DNA of 64,000 nt. Source: Octopus bimaculoides. Its lineage: Eukaryota. The stretch's first letter is position 1, and every line of letters starts with the position of its first letter. The translations under genes were made by a program, and so were the position numbers. Under the pieces are notes generated by a model, which made no database searches, was not told the DNA's origin, and saw only the letters and a list, made by a program, of their open reading frames with translations. The stretch covers positions 124,077,245 through 124,141,244 of the forward strand of contig NC_068981.1 in NCBI RefSeq assembly GCF_001194135.2, read 5' to 3'. Shown here in pieces: positions 1 through 64,000 of this stretch.

Positions 1-45
1 GTTGGTTGGCAGAAACCTAAAATTGCACTTGTAACTTACTCTAAA

Positions 46-3000
46 ATGTCTCAAGATTCAGTAAATGGCAAAAAAGGCTTGGGAACGTCAGGGGAACAGA
101 TCTGGCTCAGCAGGTGTATCACAGGCTGGACCTGGTCGTCATCCTGCCACTGTGGTCAATCTTCAAGAGGCCAGAAAGGCATACAGCACTTATTGCATGT
201 GAGCTTAAGAAATATTCCCTTGATATAGTTGCGCTCTCTGAAACTCATCTCTCTAGTGAGGGTCAAGTAAATGAACCTACTTATGGATATACTATCTTTT
301 GGAGACGCCTACCCAAGGGTCAGCATAGAGGGTTTGGTGTTAGGCTTGCTCTCAAGGATACATTAGTATCCTCCATTGCAGGGCTTTCAAGTGGTATATC
401 TGACTGGATCATGTCATACCGCATTAAACTGGCAAAAGGTAGGTTTCTTACCGTTGTCAATATTTATGCACTAACAGTGTCCCATTATGATGAAACTGTA
501 GGACAGCTTTATGATGATCTATCACAATTATTGAGGAAAGTACCTCAATATCTGGTCATATTGGAAGATTTCAATGCAAGAGTTGGAAAGAACTATGTTT
601 CATGGCTTGTCTTAAGTCAACATGGAATTGGAAAATGCAATAAAAATGGAGTAGCTCATTTGACGTTTTGTACTGAGAATAATCTGGTTGTCACCGACAC
701 TCTGTTTAAGCAGAAAAATAAATATAAAAATACCTGGATGCACCTAAGATCTAAGCACTGGCATCTCACAGATTATATTCTGATCAGAAAACCTGATATG
801 AAAGACGTTCCTAGCGTTTGGGCCATGAGAGGGGCAGAAAGCTGGAGTGGCCACCATCTAGTGCATGGAAACAGACTTTTCGATAATGCCTAAAAATGGA
901 CAGTCTGGTCCAAAGGTACCCAAAAAGTTAAATGTTGCAAACTTTAAATTATCAAGCAACTTGCAAAGATTCCACGATGCTATAGAAAGTATCAATCTTG
1001 ACCCAAGCAATCTATGGGAAAATTTCAAAACAAAAGTATTTCAGGCTGCAAGTTCATCAGTAGGATTTAAATCACTTAAGTCCAGTGACTGGTTCTCAGA
1101 TAGATCAGCAGAAATTCATGATCTAATTTTAGAAAAACAAAACTTATGCAATACACTTCTTTCTCAGTCCTTGAACCCCAAATCAAACAAAGCTTACAGA
1201 AAGCTGAAAAGGAAAGTACAGACTGCTCTAAGGAAAATTAAACAGGAATGGTAGAATGATAGAGCAAAAGGGGCACAAGAAGCAACTGATAGATATGATG
1301 CCAAGGGTTTGTACTCATGTTAAGGAGGTATATGGCCCAAAATCTTCTTCAATAGTTCCAATGAGAACAGCAAATGGACATTTTCTTCTGACTGATACCA
1401 CTTCTATTCATAAGCATTGGGTAGAACATTTTTCTGCACTTTTGAATATACTCATCATCTGTTGACATGAGGATGATAGAAAAAAATCGAACACCTTCTA
1501 GTTATAGAAGAGATGGCATTTAAACTAACTTTAAATGACAATTTAGCTGTGAATAAGCTGAATAACAATAAGTCCCCAGGGTCTGACAGAATCTATGCAG
1601 ACGTCTTGAAATATGGGGGTGACAAAATGTTTGAACTCTTAAATATATTAATTTGTCACTGTTGGAGAACTGAGAAAATACCTCAAGACTGGATTGATGC
1701 CATTTTAGTCTCCTTGTACAAATCGGGGCCAAAGGATTTGTGTGGTAATTTTTGTGGGATTTCACTTTTGTCTGTGGTTGGAAAGGTACTTGCCCGCATT
1801 TTGTTAGAACATTTAAATACTTTTATAGTTCCAAATATAGTGTCTGAGTCTCAGTGTGGTTTTCGTTCCTCCAGGGGCACAGCTGATTGTATCTTTACTG
1901 TCAGACAATTACAAGAAAAGTGCATTGAACAGAATCTTGCTCTATACCATTGCTTTGGTGATTTGACCAAAGCATTCAATACTGTTAATCGAAATGATCT
2001 GTGGCTAACTCTAAGGAAAATAGGTTGCCAAGAAAAATTTGAAAAATATGATCAGGGCTTTGCATCAAGATATGAAAGCTAGAGTTAATTTTGGTGGTAG
2101 GCTATCTGCTTCTTTTGCTGTGGAAAATGGAGTAAAGCAAGGTGACCTTGAAGCACCCACCCTCTTTGTAATATACTTTGCTGTTGTGTTGTCACATGCT
2201 TTTCAAAACTCTGAGGAGGGTATTTACATAAAATATCGAACAACAGGGAATGTTTTTAACCTGACCAGACTGAAATTCAAAACGATGGTTTTTACTTTAC
2301 TCATCAGGGAACTTTTGTACGCTGACAAATGCAATCATGTCTGTCATTCTGAAACAGGTCTGCAATCTCTTCCATCTGCATTTGACTTGACTTGTGATGA
2401 TTTTGGCTTAACCATCAACTTGAAAAAAAAAAACTGTTGTAATGCATCAACCTGCATGTGGTGCTGTTTGTAACCCCACTAAAATTTCTGTTAAGGGAAA
2501 GTTACTTGAGGTTATCAATTCATTTATCTACCTTGGAAGCTCTGTTCAAAATGATGGAAATGTTGATACAGAAATACATCTGTGAATTCAAAGGGCAGCA
2601 AAGGCATTTGGTGGCTTGGAGTCACATGTTTGGTGCCAGCGACATAAATAAAAATACAAAGCTGGCTCTTTTCAAACCATTTGTCTTACCATCCCTGTTT
2701 TATTCCTGTGAAACTTGGATTTGTTATGAAAGATATTTTAAATTGTTAAAATAATTCCACCAAAAATGCCTTCATTGCATTTTAAAAATTAAATAGAGTT
2801 ATTTTACTCCAAACACAGATGTCCTTGCATCTGCAGGCATTACCTCAATTAAGGCTATGATTTTGAGGAACCAAATGAGATGGTGTGGCTATATTATTCG
2901 AATGGCAGATGAATGCATGCCAAAACAGTGGTTTAAGGTGAGCTTGCAGAGGGGAAACGCTATTGGTATAAACTAAAAAAAAGGTTTAAGGACAGCATAA

Positions 3001-3539
3001 AGACTACTATGAAGTCACTTGGATTGGTTCCAGAAGATATAGAAACCCTTACTTCGGATCGAGTTGGATGGTGAACAAAGGTGTAGAGTGGAGTGAAAGC
3101 ATTTGAAGAGGCCAGGATAACGCAAGTAGGACTCAAATGAGATCTAAGGAAGAATGTAACGATTGAGAGGGTGAATGACAATAACCTTTTTGTGTGCAGT
3201 CTGTGACAGACCAGGCCTATCTTTTGGTAGCCTCAAATCTCATCTGCGAACCCATGGAAAACAAACCTCCACCAACTATTCTGCCTATATATCTGTGCAC
3301 TCTTTTGAATGCAGTGTATGCTTGAAAGTTTGCAAATCCAACAGAGGCCTCAAAAGACATTTTAAGATCCACAAAGAGCAGAACTTATCTGCAGTTCTTA
3401 GTGGTCCAAATCGGAGGTGCAATCTATTTGGGTGTCTTTTCAGAACACTGTCTGGTTTAAACAGCCACATCAGATGGCATGATGGTGATAAGGTACAGGA
3501 GGTGGTCAAACTCTGCATAAGGAGTAGACAACCACCATA

Positions 3540-3540
<1 letters not shown>
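46..3540 (+). mobile_element. RTE-clade LINE, near full-length, multiply frameshifted (APE endonuclease + reverse transcriptase + C-terminal C2H2 fingers)
   Basis: APE motifs DIVALSETH, EDFNARVG, TDYILI, SGHHLV (ORF 114..893). RT motifs DWIDAILVSLYK, GISLLSVVGKVLARIL, ESQCGFR, DLTKAFNTV, GVKQGD, LLYADK (ORFs 1513..2473). RTE-type post-RT region, then ends in (TG)/(TA) microsatellite. Confidence 0.92.
3193..3480 (+). other. Three C2H2-type zinc-finger motifs at the RTE ORF C-terminus (third has Cys>Phe)
   Basis: CAVCDRPGLSFGSLKSHLRTH and [21 protein letters not shown] fit C-x2-C-x12-H-x3-[22 protein letters not shown] has the same spacing with F (TTT) in place of the second C. Confidence 0.85.
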
Positions 3541-3590
<50 letters not shown>

Positions 3591-3702
3591 GTATGTATAT
3601 ATGCATGTGTGCATATATGTGTGTGTGTGCATATATATGTATGTGTGCGTGTGTGTATATATATATATACATATATATATATATCTGTGTGTGTGTGTAT
3701 GT
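3539..3702. repeat. Compound (TG)n/(TA)n microsatellite
   Basis: Directly visible. Confidence 0.95.
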
Positions 3703-3714
3703 GTCTAATTTTGT

Positions 3715-3895
3715 ACCCCCACCATCACCTTGACAACCGATGTTGCTGTGTTTACATCCCTGTAACTTAGCCGTTTGGCAAAACACTGATAGAATGAGTA
3801 CTAAGCATACAAAGAATAAATCTTGAGGTCAATTTCTTCAACTAAAGGGGGTGCTCCAGCATATCTGTAGTCACATGACCAAAACAAGTAAAACA
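3715..3895 (+). mobile_element. 3' half of SINE family T (GCAGGAGTGGCTGTGTGG-head family)
   Basis: Diverged match to the 3' half of copies at 40583-41040 and 47022-47456. Confidence 0.8.
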
Positions 3896-4631
3896 ATAAT
3901 AAACTATGCCATTTTAATCCCAAGCAACACTGGGTATCTCTGCTGGTGTGTGTGTATAATCACATTATAAGTATTGTTTTTAACGTCTACTTTTCCATGT
4001 TTTTATTAATCAGATGTAATTTGTTTCCTCCTTCATGGCCAGACATGTTATTATGCAAGATTTGAAACAAATGACACAGTTTGTATGATGGTGACATTCA
4101 TTTACAATTATCACAAGATGTCAGGACAAGGAGAACATAAACACACACAATGAGATTGAACCCAAAACCACATGGCTGAGAAACAAATATCTTAACCACA
4201 TAGCAATGCCCGTATTCACTCACACACACACACACACACACACACATTCAACCCCAGAGCAACTATGTCAAAGCGCTATAGATAATCTTCACATGGAAAC
4301 TATTGTAAGTAATCCATGATCATGCAGTAAAGTTAGATAAGCAGCTTTGGTTGATAGATTTGGTAGATAAATAAGCTGGTATGTAACTCGGGAGGCAAGT
4401 AGATAGGTTGGTTGATCGCTAATTAAATATCAATGGGAAGGAAAAAGATGAAATCAATACATGGGGAGGGGGAGATGACAGGGAGAAATAACTAAAATAT
4501 AAATTAACAACAGAACTTCAACAGAGTTACTCAATGTGTAGAAATAGCAGTCAATATCCCTCTAAAGTCACCCAGCGTTTTTTTTTAAATAAGATAGGCA
4601 CAATGGATAAGCTGATCTTGTGTGTGTGTGT

Positions 4632-4666
<35 letters not shown>

Positions 4667-4984
4667 TGCACACACACACATTACATACAAGCTATGCCTG
4701 AAAATAAAAAAAGGATGGGAAAGTCATGGTTAGAATGTCTGAGCAATAACTACTAAAATTCTAAAAAAAGAATTTCATGATAGATTAAAAAAGATTAAAA
4801 GAAAAAGAAACAAAGAGGCAGACTGGTTATTATTTATGTATGTGATGTGATGAACATAGAAGTTGTAGTAGTAGAATAGTAGTAGAATAGTAGTAGTAAT
4901 AGTAAATAGTAGTGGTGGTGGTGGTGGTGTGGTTGTAGTAAATAGTTCTTGGCAAAGAGAACACTTCTTTTTTGCTTTGTTTTA

Positions 4985-62195
<57,211 letters not shown>

Positions 62196-63186
62196 CTGGA
62201 CATGGAAAATTACAACATTAACAAATATAAGTAATTTCTACATTTTCAAACAAATTCAACTGTCAGATACATTGACCCCTACATTTCACCTTTTACTTCG
62301 ATATAGGTTCCATTAGACAAAGTTCAAAAACTCACAGTAAAATTTTGCATGTGATTGGATTGATCTTATGCCTAAATATAACAGGTTTGTCAGGCCAACT
62401 ATGATAACATACAGCAGTATATTATCTGATTTGAATTGTATATTGGCTGTTTACACCCTGCTATTACTGTATTTCTTCCATTACTTCTTTGTAATATTGT
62501 CTCTTCTACTTTATCCTTTACAATCCAAACACCCCAATCCCTAGTCTTACTTCTTTTGTTCTCACCTTACTTCAGTTTGTAATCAACTTCTCTTTTTACT
62601 CTCTCATAATCAACTTGCCCTGATGCAGGGCAAAAGGCAATCTCACAAGTGCTAGTGCCATGACAAAATGCACCCAAAATACTCTGTAGAGCAGTTGACA
62701 ATCAAGCAAAAGCAACACAGGGTTAAGAGGACCTTTTATTTTTACTGAAACATGACAACCTATCTAGCATTAATTTCAAAATAAAATGTACAAGTGTAAA
62801 AAGGGCATCCTGCCATTGAAACCATTATTTCTTTGACCTGCCTAAGAGGGTAGTAACTGAATAACAACTTAGACCTTCAATACCCATTCAATCCATACCA
62901 GCATGGAAAGCAGATGTAGAATGAAGATGATGATGACAGCAGGAAAGATTTACATTTTGTAATTATTTTTTTAATGAAACTAGAAATGCAAAAGATGTAT
63001 TTTACATGCCACAAATAATTCAGTAGTTTTCAAAACAGAAACATTATATAATTAGTACTTGTTCATTATAGGATGGAAACATACAATTTTAAGAATGTCT
63101 AATATAACAATAATTATAAATAATGAATTAGATATGAATAAAGATTTGTATTTGTAAGATCAAAAATAAACATTTCTAATAATAAT

Positions 63187-63396
63187 ACTTTCTACTATGG
63201 GCAGAAGGCCTGAAATTTGGTGGAGGGGCTAGTCATTACATCAACCAGTGTTTGACTGGTACTTATTTTATCAACCCCAAGAGAATTAAAGGGAAAGTCA
63301 ACCATGACAGAGTTTGAAGTCAGAATATAAAAACGGACGAAATGCTACTAAGCATTTTGTCCAGTGTGCTGACATTTCTGCCAGCTCGCTACCTTA
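63187..63396 (-). mobile_element. SINE family M
   Basis: Reverse-complement match to family M. Confidence 0.8.
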
Positions 63397-64000
63397 TTTC
63401 TGATAATAATGATTTAACTGGCTCTTTTATTGATATAACATAATCAATACACATACACCAGGCTAAAATATATAAATTACACTTCATTAAGTCTGATATT
63501 CAGAATAGTTTGAATAAGTAAAGAAATTCTGGAACCAAATTTTACTTCAATACCTGCCATACCAATTTGAACTCTCAATCTGAGAAGATAGATCTGATTT
63601 TATAACCTAATACTGGCGTTTCTAAGTAGTAGTAAAATTTTAAAAGCTGAAATTGAAATTTGGGCTCAAATTTCTATTCATTGATTATTGATTTTTTTTT
63701 TTTAAATTCAAGATTGAGTTTCAATTCCAGTTTTAAAAATATTACACACCAAAGTTTTATTCATTTGAAATTACAAACTGTAATAAATAGGATCAAAATT
63801 CTCATCTGTAGGCTAAAGAATACTGATTCCTCACATTTTTTTCCCTTATTCATATCATCAGGTCAATCACATTAAACTAGAAGCCAGGAACAATGTCCAC
63901 TACTTTCATACAAACTCTATAATTCCAGACTTCATTTAAAAAAAAAAAGATATAATTTATTATTCAAATGAAATTTGCAAATTATGCTGAATTTGGGTTT

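Noticed and set aside
63574-63600. Candidate upstream PRPF40 micro-exon near the window end
   Set aside because: No resemblance to the expected preceding FF-domain sequence; upstream exons are assumed to lie outside the window.

Overview
Eukaryotic, AT-rich, microsatellite-laden genomic DNA; the repeat content suggests an octopus or related coleoid cephalopod (inference). The only host gene I can support is the 3' part of a PRP40/PRPF40-type FF-domain splicing factor on the minus strand: nine GT-AG exons from 62195 down to the stop at 4985, 900 nt in one frame, with introns of 1-16 kb. Downstream of its stop lies a near full-length but frameshifted RTE-clade LINE (+, ~46-3540) ending in three C2H2 zinc fingers. 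The introns hold several SINE families, RTE and HERO-like LINE relics, and piggyBac-like (TTAA) and hAT-like MITEs. The most striking signal is a cluster of minimal type I hammerhead-ribozyme motifs (CUGANGA / stem II / GAAA / palindromic stem III / NUH) in several unrelated repeat families at ~19.5-38.4 kb. They include a ~410-440 bp tandem repeat resembling a non-LTR retrozyme and several fold-back elements resembling Penelope-like terminal repeats. Most copies carry at least one lesion, so activity is unproven. All alignments and folds were done by eye; repeat boundaries are approximate.
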